Source: Candidatus Aminicenantes bacterium (GTDB lineage: Bacteria > Acidobacteriota > Aminicenantia > Aminicenantales > CAVYOD01). From it: a DNA stretch of 64,000 nt. The notes under the pieces were generated by a model. That model saw nothing but the letters and a program-made list of their open reading frames with translations. It was not told where the DNA came from and ran no database searches. The position numbers were made by a program, and so were the translations under genes. The stretch spans positions 41,173 through 105,172 of the forward strand of contig CAVYOD010000022.1 in the NCBI GenBank assembly GCA_963770045.1. The letters run 5' to 3'. Below, piece by piece: positions 9,539 through 18,474 of this stretch. The first letter of the stretch is position 1; every line of letters starts with the position of its first letter.

Positions 9539-9585
9539 CTGGCCTGTCACGCCCGAGGTCGCGAGTTCAAGCCTCGCTTCCCCTG
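9539..9585 (+). pseudogene. 3' remnant of a tRNA-Asp(GTC) gene
   Basis: Reads anticodon arm CTGGC-CTGTCAC-GCCCG, variable AGGTC, T-arm GCGAG-TTCAAGC-CTCGC, 3' acceptor strand TTCCCCT, discriminator G. The 27 nt upstream (9512-9538) cannot form a D-arm, so the gene is not intact. Confidence 0.55.
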
Positions 9586-9650
9586 CCGGTAAACTCGTAC
9601 ACTCCGCCCGCTTGTCCGCCTAACTGACACTTACCCGCCGCACATTCGCC

Positions 9651-10784
9651 TCACATCTTCACGAACTCGACCCTGCGGTTGTTGGCCTTCCCGGCAGCGG
9701 TATCGTTTGTGTCCGCGGGCTGCGTCTCGCCCAAACCATCGGTCGCCATCCGAGCCGCATCGATCCCGAATTCGGCAGCGAGCGTGCTCTTCACGGCTGC
9801 CGCCCGCCGCTTGGAGAGATCCAGATTGGCCGTGGCGTCACCGTCCGAATCCGTGTGGCCGATGATCTTCACCTTGAGTCCCGGGTTCTCATTCAACACG
9901 GACGCGATCTCCTTGAGCGTGCCGTAGGACTCGCCCCGGATCCTGTCGCTATTCACGTCGAACAGAATTCCGTGCGTGACCCACTTGCCTTCGGTCATGA
10001 GTTTATTGCGGGTGTCGGGCGCGCCGACGGCGAGCCGCACGTTGCTCATGTAATACAGAAAGTCTGGCCCCGCATCGTGGATGTAGAAGATAATACTGTT
10101 GTACTTACCTCCGGGCACCATCGCCTTGGGCACGTCCCAGACTTTCTGTTCGTTGAAGTACACGCGCACACGCTCTTTCTGCCGCCAGATGGCGACGTGC
10201 GCCACACCGTCGTTCTTTGCCTCGAATGGCTCTATCTGCACCTGAACCGCGGCTTCGCCCACGCCATCCTGCCTTCGATCGGAGCTCGACGCCCCCTTTG
10301 GATGCGCGGTGAACGTGAACCGGTTGTTGGCGCCATGCCAGCCGGCTGGTTGCTTCACATTCGACAGTTCGGCGATGCTCGTGGAAATCACGGTTCCATA
10401 CTTGAATGGCTTGCTGGCCAACAAGTCAAACTCGAAGGTGAAATTCTCTGGCAACGCGGGTCCGACATCCGGCACGAACACACCGCCTTTGGTGAACATC
10501 AGCCAGCGCCCCGGCTTCCCTTCGATCGTCACCACTTCGGCCGCCGCATTGGTATCCCAACCGCTGGGGAAGTCTCCGATGGCATCCCCCATGAAGTCGT
10601 AGAAGGCGACGACTTTCGCGCCTGGAACGAAATCGTACTTGCTGAAGGCTTTAATGTCCGTGGCGTTCTGGGCATGCGCCGCGAACGTGCTCGACAGGAA
10701 CGCCGCTACGAAAATGGCCCGGGTTATGATTCTTCCCCTGGCCGCGGGACGACGTGACGTCGGCCTGCTGGTGCGTGTGCTCAT
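9651..10784 (-). CDS. OmpA family protein (secreted, peptidoglycan-binding C-terminal domain)
   Basis: Start moved to ATG at 10784 (AGGAG 6 nt upstream), giving a signal-peptide-like N-terminus ...AIFVAAFLSSTFAAHA. C-terminal OmpA motif IIGHTDSDGDATANLDLSKRRAAAVKSTL...NRRVEFV. Confidence 0.85.
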   Translation of the reverse strand: MSTRTSRPTSRRPAARGRIITRAIFVAAFLSSTFAAHAQNATDIKAFSKYDFVPGAKVVAFYDFMGDAIGDFPSGWDTNAAAEVVTIEGKPGRWLMFTKGGVFVPDVGPALPENFTFEFDLLASKPFKYGTVISTSIAELSNVKQPAGWHGANNRFTFTAHPKGASSSDRRQDGVGEAAVQVQIEPFEAKNDGVAHVAIWRQKERVRVYFNEQKVWDVPKAMVPGGKYNSIIFYIHDAGPDFLYYMSNVRLAVGAPDTRNKLMTEGKWVTHGILFDVNSDRIRGESYGTLKEIASVLNENPGLKVKIIGHTDSDGDATANLDLSKRRAAAVKSTLAAEFGIDAARMATDGLGETQPADTNDTAAGKANNRRVEFVKM

Positions 10785-11168
10785 GGGTATCTCCTCTTGA
10801 TTGTGGTCGCGAAGTATCGGAATTTGGGTTTTCGCTGCGCTGGGGGAATGGGAAATCTGATCGTTATCTTCCCATCCAAGCATCGTGAAAAAGTTTAGAA
10901 CACTGCCCAAAAGATGTCAAGGACGGCTTGAGTGCGCGAGGCCCGCAATCATAAGATTCTTGCCTGTGGCGAGGCCATCACCCCGTCTCTGCTTTTTCTC
11001 CCCCCTTGGGGTTATGAAAACATCTCAAAAATCACCCCCCGAATCCTTCTAAATGGCTATTCCCCTCGGCTCGCGAAGGCCTGTAAACTGAGTCGAGCTC
11101 TGACGGGTCTGTCCGCCGGAATCCGAGGACACGGGCCCAAAAAAAGCATTCTATCGAGGTATCTGAGC

Positions 11169-14100
11169 ATGGCCAACAAAAAAACGCGCCCTGGGAAGTA
11201 TCTTAAGAGATCATCAAATCGGAATAAGAAAGAGTCTTCCCATCTCCGCTCAGCATTCCCTCGGAAAGAACAGGATTCTCCGGTTCCTCCGCAAGGGAGC
11301 GACCGCGAGCTTTTCAGGATGGTCCGGCTGATGTGCGATAACGTCCCCGATATGATCTGGGCAAAGGACCTCAAGAAAAGGTTCATCTTCGCCAACAAAG
11401 CCATCTGCCAAAAGCTTCTCAACGCCAAGAGCACGGACGAGCCGGTCGGAAAAACCGATATGTTCTTTGCCCAACGCGAGCGGGCTTCACACGCCAGAAA
11501 CTTGAGCTACCATACATTCGGCGAGATCTGCAGGGATTCCGACGCCATCGTGATGAAGGAGAGAAAACCTCAAAGGTTTGAGGAATTCGGCAATGTCCAA
11601 GGCAAATTCCTTTATCTGGATGTCTACAAAGCGCCTTTTCTGGACGAACGCGGCAGGATGATCGGGACCGTCGGCAGCGGCCGGGATGTGACCAAAGAAA
11701 AGCAGATGCAAAAGGAGCACCTCAAGATCCTGGAAGAACTGAAGAAAAGCGAATCGAAATACCGGATCCTGTTTGAAACATGCACCGATGCGATCTTCCT
11801 TCAGCCATCCGAGGGGCCTATCATCGACTGCAACAAGGCAGCTTGTGAGATGTTCGGATACAGTAAGAAAGAAATGCTCAAATTTTCCGCCGTCGACCTG
11901 GTCCCCAAGAAGAATCAAACCCGATTCCGCCAGGGCTTTAAAAAAATGCGGGAAGCCGGCGAGATCCTGGCTGCAACCTATGGCCAAAAAAAGACAGGGG
12001 AAATCTTCCCTTGCGTGGTCAATGCGCGGCACGCGGAAATTGAGGGCGAACTCATGACCGTCGCCTTTGTCAGCGACATCAGCCAGAGCAAGAAGGCCGA
12101 AGAAGCGCTCCAGGAAAGCAAGCGCTTTCTATCCAGCATCTTCAGCAGCATTCAGGATGGGATCAGCATCCTGGACAAAGAGTTCCGCATCATCCAGGTC
12201 AACCCGGCCATGGAGAAATGGTATGCGGACGCCATGCCCCTGGTGGGGAAAAAATGCTATGCGGCCTTCCACGACAGGAGCCGAACCTGCAAAGTTTGTC
12301 CTTCGCGTCAGACCATGAAGACGGGCAAACCGGCCATGAAATTGTCCCCTTGAAAGTGCAGGGGAACGAGCGTTCCGGGATGGCTGGAAGTCTTTTCCTT
12401 CCCTCTTAAAGACGAACTGACAGGAAGAACCCGGGGAGTCATTGAATACGTCCGTAATATTACCGAGCGTAAACTCACAGAGCAGAAACTCCAGGAAAGC
12501 GAAGAAAAATATTCGCTTGTCACCAAGGAAACCGGACAAGTGATCTATGACTACAATATCGAGACGGGAGACATTGCCTGGAGTGGAGCTATCAGGGAAG
12601 TGACAGGGTATGCGCCCCAAGAATTTGTTTTCAACATCGATGAATGGGAGAAAAGAATTCACCCCGAGGACCGGGGGTTGGCCATGAGGCTTCTTGCCGA
12701 GGCCAGGAGAAAAGGCCAGAGATACCTGGCTGAATACCGTTTTCAGGTGAAAGACGGGCGGTACCGGGAGATGAGAGACACCGGTATCTTCCTCAAAGAC
12801 AAAAGAGGAAGGCCCTTTAGGATGATCGGCACGATGACCGATGTCACCCAGCACAAGCGGGCGGACCGGGTCAAAGACGCCGTCTACAAAATATCTGAGG
12901 CCGTGAATTCGGTGGAGAACCTCGAAGAACTTTTCCATTCCATCCACAATATCATCGTCGAGTTGATGCCGGCCAAGAACTTTTATATAGCCCTCTATGA
13001 CCGCGCTTCAGAAACCCTCAGTTTCCCTTACTTTATTGACGAATTCGATCCCATGCCCGCTCCTCACAAGCTCGGGCGAGGTCTGACCGAATATGTTCTC
13101 CGGACCGGAGAGCCCCTGCTCGCCCTGCCCGAAAAATTCGAGGAGCTCGTCCAGAGCGGGCAGGTCGAATCTATCGGCGCCCCCTCGATCGATTGGCTGG
13201 GAGTCCCCCTGAAGACGAAGGACCGGACGATCGGTGTCCTCGTCGTCCAGACCTACACGGAAGGCGTCCGGTATCGCGAAGAAGACAAGGACATGCTCAT
13301 GTTCGTGTCCACCCAGGCGGCCATGGCCATCGAGCGGAAACGGGCCGAAGAGGACCTTCGCCGGAGCGAAGAAACGGCCAGGGCCATCCTCAATGCTTCG
13401 CCGGATTTGGCCTTCTTGATCGACACCAGGGGGACGATTCTGGCTTTGAACGATTCCTTTGCCCAAACTCTCGGCAGGAGCAAGGAAGAGCTCCTCGGGA
13501 CGACCGCCTATGGGCATATCCCCCCCGATCTCGGCTCAGCCCGGAAAGAGCACATTGAGGAGGTCGTTCGGACGGGAGTCCCGGTCCGCTTCGAGGACGA
13601 GAGGGGCGGGAAATTCTTTGATAACGCCGTCTATCCTATTCTGAATCTTCAGGGAAGGGCCGAAAGGGTCGCAATATTCGCGAAAGATATCACCGCGCGG
13701 AAGCTCTTCGAGAAAGCCCTCCTCGACTCCCTGAAAGAAAAAGAAGTCCTCCTCAAGGAAATCCATCACCGGGTGAAGAACAACATGCAGGTCATCTCGA
13801 GCCTCCTCAACCTTCAATCCAAATACCTCAAAGATCCAACCGCGCTGGAGATGTTCAAGGAGAGCCAGAACCGCATCCGGTCCATGGCCCTCGTCCACGA
13901 AAAGCTCTACCAATCCAAGGATCTGTCCCGGATCAATTTTGCCGAATATCTCCAGAGTGTCGTCAGCTACCTCTTTCGCTCCTATCAAGTCGACTCGAAC
14001 CTTGTCCAACTCAAACTGAATCTGGAGGAAACGTTTATGAACATAAACGTCGCCATCCCCTGCGGACTGATCGTCAATGAGCTCGTCTCGAACTGTCTGA

Positions 14101-14361
14101 AGCATGCTTTCCCCGAGGGCCGGTCGGGCCGTGTGGCGATCGAGTTCAAGCGAAAAGAAGACCACGAGATACGGGCTGATCATCCAGGACGACGGCGTCG
14201 GGTTTCCACAGAATTTGGACTTTGAGAAGACCGAGACCTTTGGAATGCAGGTCGTCAAAACGCTGGTCGATCAGATCGACGGGGCTGTCAAGTTAGACCG
14301 GCGAGGAGGCACGACCTTCACCATCGAATTCGGAGAGCCTCCCGATAAACCCAGGCTGTAG
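11169..14361 (+). pseudogene. multi-PAS/GAF sensor histidine kinase (HisKA_2-type H-box), interrupted by three frameshifts or sequencing indels
   Basis: Three ORF pieces (10932-12353, 12540-14225, 14104-14361) join into one protein. It has PAS modules, a GAF-like region, H-box EIHHRVKNNMQVISSLL and an ATPase G-box IIQDDGVGFP...GGTTFTIEF. Frame changes occur near 12330-12337, 12380 and 14169. Likely start is the ATG at 11169. Confidence 0.8.
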
Positions 14362-14365
14362 AAGA

Positions 14366-15670
14366 GTGTCTAAGATCAAGATCTTGGCCGTGGAGGACGA
14401 GAGTCTCGTCGCCTGGAATGTCAAAAATATGCTCATCAGTCTGGGCTATGAGGTCGCGGGCGTGGTCTCGACCGGAGAGAAGGCTCTTCAGAAAGCGGAG
14501 GAGACGCGGCCCAACCTCGTGCTTATGGACATCGTCTTGAAGGGAACCGTCGATGGGATAACGACGGCCGGGAAGATCATGACCGACTTCGGCATTCCCG
14601 TCGTCTACCTGACGGCTTATGCAGATGAGACCACCCTCCAGCGGGCCAAGGTGACGAAACCTTTCGGCTATCTTCTCAAGCCCTTTGATGAAAAAGAGCT
14701 GCAATCGACGATCGAAATGGCTCTCTACAAATCCCAGATGGAAAAGGTCCTGAGCGAGCGGGAACGCTGGCTATCGACCGTCCTCCGAAGCATCGGAGAC
14801 GCGGTCATGGCCACGGACAACGAAGGCCGCGTCACCTTCATGAACCCCGTGGCCGAGGAATTGACCGGGCGGAGTCAGGAGGAGAGCATCCAAGAGCCGC
14901 TCAACGCCGTTCTCGCCCTTCGCAGCGAAGGCTCCAATACGCCGATCAAGATCCGGGTCAAGGAGATCATAAGGCTGGGGCACTGGCCGCTTCCCCAGCA
15001 GAGCTATCTGAGGGCGAAGAATGGTGGCGAGGTCCCGATCGATCTCAACGCGGCCTTCATCAGGGACGAGAAGGAAGAGCCGACCGGGATCGTCCTGGTC
15101 TTTCGCGACATCACCGAGCGCAAGCAGCACGAAGAGAAGCTCAACTTCCTGGCCATCCATGACTCTCTGACCGGCTTGCCCAATCGCGCCCTCTTCAACG
15201 ACCACCTGGCCCTGGCCATTGCCAATGCCAGGAGGACCCGACACAGGGTGGTCTTGATGATGCTTGACTTGGATAGGTTCAAAAAGGTCAACGATTCGAT
15301 GGGGCATGATGTCGGAGACCGATTGCTGAGAGCCGTCGGGGAACGCCTGCTCTTGCTCCGGCGTCAGGGGGATACGGTCGCCAGATTGAGCGGAGATGAG
15401 TTCATGCTGCTCTGTCCGGACGTCCCCGAGCCGGAGGCGGCAACGGAGATCGCCCTCAGGATGCTGGCTTCATTCCAGGAAGGCTTCTCTCTCGGCGGAA
15501 GCAGGATCCACATCACGGCGAGCATTGGAATCTCCTTGTATCCCGATGACGGCCGTGATCCGGAGGATTTGATCAAGAAGGCCGACATGGCCATGTACGG
15601 GGCGAAGGAGGCCGGGCGGAACACCTGCCAGCGCTACGCTCCGGGGATGAGACCTCTTGTTCTCGAGTAG
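14366..15670 (+). CDS. response regulator receiver-PAS-GGDEF protein (diguanylate cyclase, SGDEF variant)
   Basis: 434-aa ORF. REC (ILAVEDE..LVLMDIVL..LKP), PAS (WLSTVLRSIGDAVMATDNEGRVTFMNPVAEELTG), GGDEF domain with RLSGDEFMLL. Confidence 0.9.
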   Translation: MSKIKILAVEDESLVAWNVKNMLISLGYEVAGVVSTGEKALQKAEETRPNLVLMDIVLKGTVDGITTAGKIMTDFGIPVVYLTAYADETTLQRAKVTKPFGYLLKPFDEKELQSTIEMALYKSQMEKVLSERERWLSTVLRSIGDAVMATDNEGRVTFMNPVAEELTGRSQEESIQEPLNAVLALRSEGSNTPIKIRVKEIIRLGHWPLPQQSYLRAKNGGEVPIDLNAAFIRDEKEEPTGIVLVFRDITERKQHEEKLNFLAIHDSLTGLPNRALFNDHLALAIANARRTRHRVVLMMLDLDRFKKVNDSMGHDVGDRLLRAVGERLLLLRRQGDTVARLSGDEFMLLCPDVPEPEAATEIALRMLASFQEGFSLGGSRIHITASIGISLYPDDGRDPEDLIKKADMAMYGAKEAGRNTCQRYAPGMRPLVLE

Positions 15671-15735
15671 GTCGTGAAGAAAGTGACTTTCGAAATTCAA
15701 CCGGTGGAGTTAAAATACGTTTTCGGAGTCTGATC

Positions 15736-17109
15736 ATGTCCAAGGTCAAAGTCCTGGTTGTCGAAGACGAGGGCCTCGTCGCCCGTGACGTCGAGAACAT
15801 GCTCAAGAGCCTGGGATATGAAGTGCCGGCCGTGGTCTCGACGGGCGAGATGGCGATTCGGAGCGCCCAAGAGTTGCTGCCCGACCTGGTTTTGATGGAT
15901 ATCGTCTTGAAGGGAGATGTGAGCGGCATCGCCGCCGCCGAAAAGATCTGGGAGAACCTGAAGATCCCGGTTATCTACCTGACCGCCTACGCAGATGAAA
16001 AGACTTTGCAGGAGGCCAAAAAGACCGACCCCTTCGGCTACATCCTCAAGCCGTTCGAGGAGCGGGAATTGCAGACCGCGATTGAGATGGCCCTCTACAA
16101 GTCCGGCATGGAGAAAAAGCTGAGGGAACGGGAGCGCTGGCTCTCCACGGTACTCCAGAGCATCGGAGACGGCGTCATCGCCACGAGCGAAGAGGGAAGG
16201 GTGACCTTCATGAACCCGCTCGCCGAGAGGATCTCCGGCCTGAGACAGGTCGAAGCCCTGGGAAAGCCTCTGGAAAAAGTGTTCAAGACGAGTCCCGAAA
16301 CACAGCATCCTCTCTTCCCGGCCACAGGCACGGACGCGAGCGGAGGTGATGGCCGAGGCACGACCACGGAGAGCCTCCTCATCACCCGGGATGGCCGCAG
16401 GGTCCCCCTGGAGGAGAGCTTTGCGCCGATCATAGACGACAAGCGGAACGTCATCGGCAAGGTCCTTGTGTTCCGCGACATCGAGGAGAGAAAGAACGCC
16501 GAGGCCGAGCTCAAGCGGAGCTGGGAGAAACTCAAAAAAGCCCTGGAGGGCACAATCCAGGCCATGGCTCTGACGGTCGAGACAAGAGATCCCTACACGG
16601 CCGGCCATCAGCGGAGAGTGAGCCGGCTCTCTTATGCGATGGCCCAGGAGATGGGTCTCGACGAAGTCCAATGCGAAGGAATTCGGTTGGCCGGAGAGAT
16701 CCATGATATCGGCAAGATCTACGTGCCGGCCGAGATCCTGAGCAAGCCGGGCCAAATCACCGAGATCGAGTACACCATCATCAAAACTCATCCCCAGGTA
16801 GGTTATGATATCCTCAAGACGATCGAATTTCCCTGGCCCATCGCCGAGATTATCTATCAACATCATGAATGGATAGACGGCTCCGGATACCCTCGGGGGC
16901 TCAAGGGGGACCAGATCATTCTCGAGGCTCGGATTATCTCGGTCGCGGATATTGTCGAGGCGATGTCCTCGCACCGTCCTTACAGGCCGGCCTACGGGAT
17001 TGACAGGGCACTCGAAGAAATCATCCAACGGAAAGGAATCCTCTACGACGCCGACGCGGTCGAGGCCTGCCTCAGGATGTTCCTGAACAAGGGATTTCGT
17101 TTTGAATAG
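15736..17109 (+). CDS. response regulator receiver-PAS-HD-GYP protein (c-di-GMP phosphodiesterase type)
   Basis: 457-aa ORF. REC and PAS closely parallel the upstream gene. C-terminal HD-GYP motifs HQRRVS, IHDIGK, HHEWIDGSGYPRGL. Confidence 0.9.
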   Translation: MSKVKVLVVEDEGLVARDVENMLKSLGYEVPAVVSTGEMAIRSAQELLPDLVLMDIVLKGDVSGIAAAEKIWENLKIPVIYLTAYADEKTLQEAKKTDPFGYILKPFEERELQTAIEMALYKSGMEKKLRERERWLSTVLQSIGDGVIATSEEGRVTFMNPLAERISGLRQVEALGKPLEKVFKTSPETQHPLFPATGTDASGGDGRGTTTESLLITRDGRRVPLEESFAPIIDDKRNVIGKVLVFRDIEERKNAEAELKRSWEKLKKALEGTIQAMALTVETRDPYTAGHQRRVSRLSYAMAQEMGLDEVQCEGIRLAGEIHDIGKIYVPAEILSKPGQITEIEYTIIKTHPQVGYDILKTIEFPWPIAEIIYQHHEWIDGSGYPRGLKGDQIILEARIISVADIVEAMSSHRPYRPAYGIDRALEEIIQRKGILYDADAVEACLRMFLNKGFRFE

Positions 17110-17386
17110 GACTGTCTCTTCTCTCCTTCTCGCCGCGAGCATTCTTTTGTCCTTGGGAGGCATCGCCGCTTTTGTCGTCCTTTTCGTCCTGGAATTTAAC
17201 GTCTATTGGCTTATTCTTTCCCCCGTCATCTTCGCCGTCTACCAGATACCCGCGGTGTTTGTCTACTGGATCTGGAAAAGAAGGAAGACCCCCATCGCCG
17301 AAGAAGAGCCTTCCGAAGGCGGCCCGCCGAGCTCGGACGATCCCGGACCCGAAAACAACGGTGAACATCCTCCTCTCGGCCATTAA
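17102..17386 (+). CDS. small hypothetical membrane protein (two predicted TM helices)
   Basis: 94-aa ORF with a TTG start overlapping the upstream stop. Two hydrophobic stretches, then an acidic/Pro-rich tail. No homology recognised. Confidence 0.4.
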   Translation: MNRTVSSLLLAASILLSLGGIAAFVVLFVLEFNVYWLILSPVIFAVYQIPAVFVYWIWKRRKTPIAEEEPSEGGPPSSDDPGPENNGEHPPLGH

Positions 17387-17535
17387 GAAAGCCGAAGACG
17401 GACGACGAGAGAGGTCTTTTGTTGAGGACATATTCCGAAGACGCTTTTCAGATCCTGTTTAGCAATCTTCCACCCCCCTTCCCCGCTTCTAAGATATGGG
17501 GGCAAGAAGCAAGTCAGCATCTTCGGTAGAGGGAG

Positions 17536-17609
17536 CGCCCCCGACGGGATTTGAACCCGTGTTGCCGCCTTGAAAGGGCGATGTCCTGACCGGGCTAGAC
17601 GACAGGGGC
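17536..17609 (-). tRNA. tRNA-Glu (anticodon TTC)
   Basis: Minus-strand cloverleaf. Acceptor GCCCCTG/CGGGGGC, 3-bp D-stem GTC/GAC, anticodon arm TCGCC-CTTTCAA-GGCGG, T-arm ACGGG-TTCAAAT-CCCGT, discriminator G. Confidence 0.95.
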
Positions 17610-17619
17610 AAAACGAAGA

Positions 17620-17691
17620 TGAGCCGTGCTGGACTCGAACCAGCGACACCCGGCTTAAAAGGCCGGTGCTCTCCCTCTGAGCTAACGGCCC
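17620..17691 (-). tRNA. tRNA-Lys (anticodon TTT)
   Basis: Minus-strand cloverleaf. Acceptor GGGCCGT/ACGGCTC, D-stem GCTC/GAGC, anticodon arm CCGGC-CTTTTAA-GCCGG, T-arm GCTGG-TTCGAGT-CCAGC, discriminator A. Confidence 0.95.
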
Positions 17692-17764
17692 ACGCGAAAT
17701 AAATTAGTATCTATAAAGGAATTAAGAAAAAGAGTCAATGCCCAATGGATGATGATTCCGAAGG

Positions 17765-18460
17765 TCAGCCCTGCGCTTCGGTTTTGACGATGACCCATCG
17801 CCCCTTCAGATTCATGTTCGATGCCGGGTCCTTCAGAGTGTACTGCCGCAAATAGAATTTGTAGCTCTTGACCGTTCCCGATTTCTCTTTGGCTCTGACC
17901 GTGACTTCTTTGGAATCAACGTCTCCGGTCAGGTCCCGAATGTTGGCCAGTGACCGGACGCCGAGAGAAAAGGCCGTTATCTCTTCTTCCCGGGCAGCGG
18001 CGGCTTTTGCTTCATTGTAGCTTCTTTGCAGTTCCTTGTGCTCGTTAAAGACCTGGTCGTACTTGGCCTGGAGGTCGTCGACCTTCTTTTTGGCGGCGGC
18101 CTTAGCTCCACCCGTCCGGGCGGTATCCCCCTCCTCCTTGGCCGCGTCCACAGCGTCCTTGGCATCAAGCGTCGGGCCCACGTGGTCTTCCAATTTTTTC
18201 TTGAATTCTAGCTCCTTCTTGTTCAACTCGGCCAGAATTGCGGGTTCGATTTTCTCGGGGGTGGAGTTCGTGATATCCCAGCTCTGGGTATCGATCGTGA
18301 TGGGTTCGAGGGCGATCGTGGACATCGTGTTGTTATCATTCAGCGAAATCGCATGAAAGTAATTTTTTAAGAGGGCCTGTTCAGGTTTGGACGAACAGCT
18401 CTGGAGAACAAACAGGAAGGCGACCAAAGACACCACCATGAAACTCTTTTTTCTCATCAT
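17765..18460 (-). CDS. hypothetical lipoprotein
   Basis: 231-aa ORF. Lipobox-type signal MMRKKSFMVVSLVAFLFVLQSC and a central charged coiled-coil-like region. No family recognised. Confidence 0.65.
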   Translation of the reverse strand: MMRKKSFMVVSLVAFLFVLQSCSSKPEQALLKNYFHAISLNDNNTMSTIALEPITIDTQSWDITNSTPEKIEPAILAELNKKELEFKKKLEDHVGPTLDAKDAVDAAKEEGDTARTGGAKAAAKKKVDDLQAKYDQVFNEHKELQRSYNEAKAAAAREEEITAFSLGVRSLANIRDLTGDVDSKEVTVRAKEKSGTVKSYKFYLRQYTLKDPASNMNLKGRWVIVKTEAQG

Positions 18461-18474
18461 TCCTCCTTTAGATC

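Noticed and set aside
10932-11168. N-terminal 79 codons of the kinase ORF (GTG start)
   Set aside because: There is no domain content and an odd composition. The internal ATG 11169 precedes the basic N-terminus and first PAS domain. The start remains uncertain.
12351-12353. In-frame TGA in the kinase as a possible selenocysteine or read-through codon
   Set aside because: The flanking text only makes PAS-domain sense after two local frame changes. No SECIS-like hairpin was evident, and kinases are not known selenoproteins. I also looked for in-frame TGA at the usual Sec positions of HdrA, MvhD and the [NiFe] large subunits. I found Cys codons instead.
15697-17163. 488-aa minus-strand ORF
   Set aside because: It is antisense to the REC-PAS-HD-GYP gene. 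The same reasoning applies to other shadow ORFs: 32730-34046, 36143-37441, 40375-41853, 35203-36219, 38746-39789, 37829-38659, 39752-40558, 57407-58447, 7569-8573, 9855-10757, 12129-12947 and 13536-14258.
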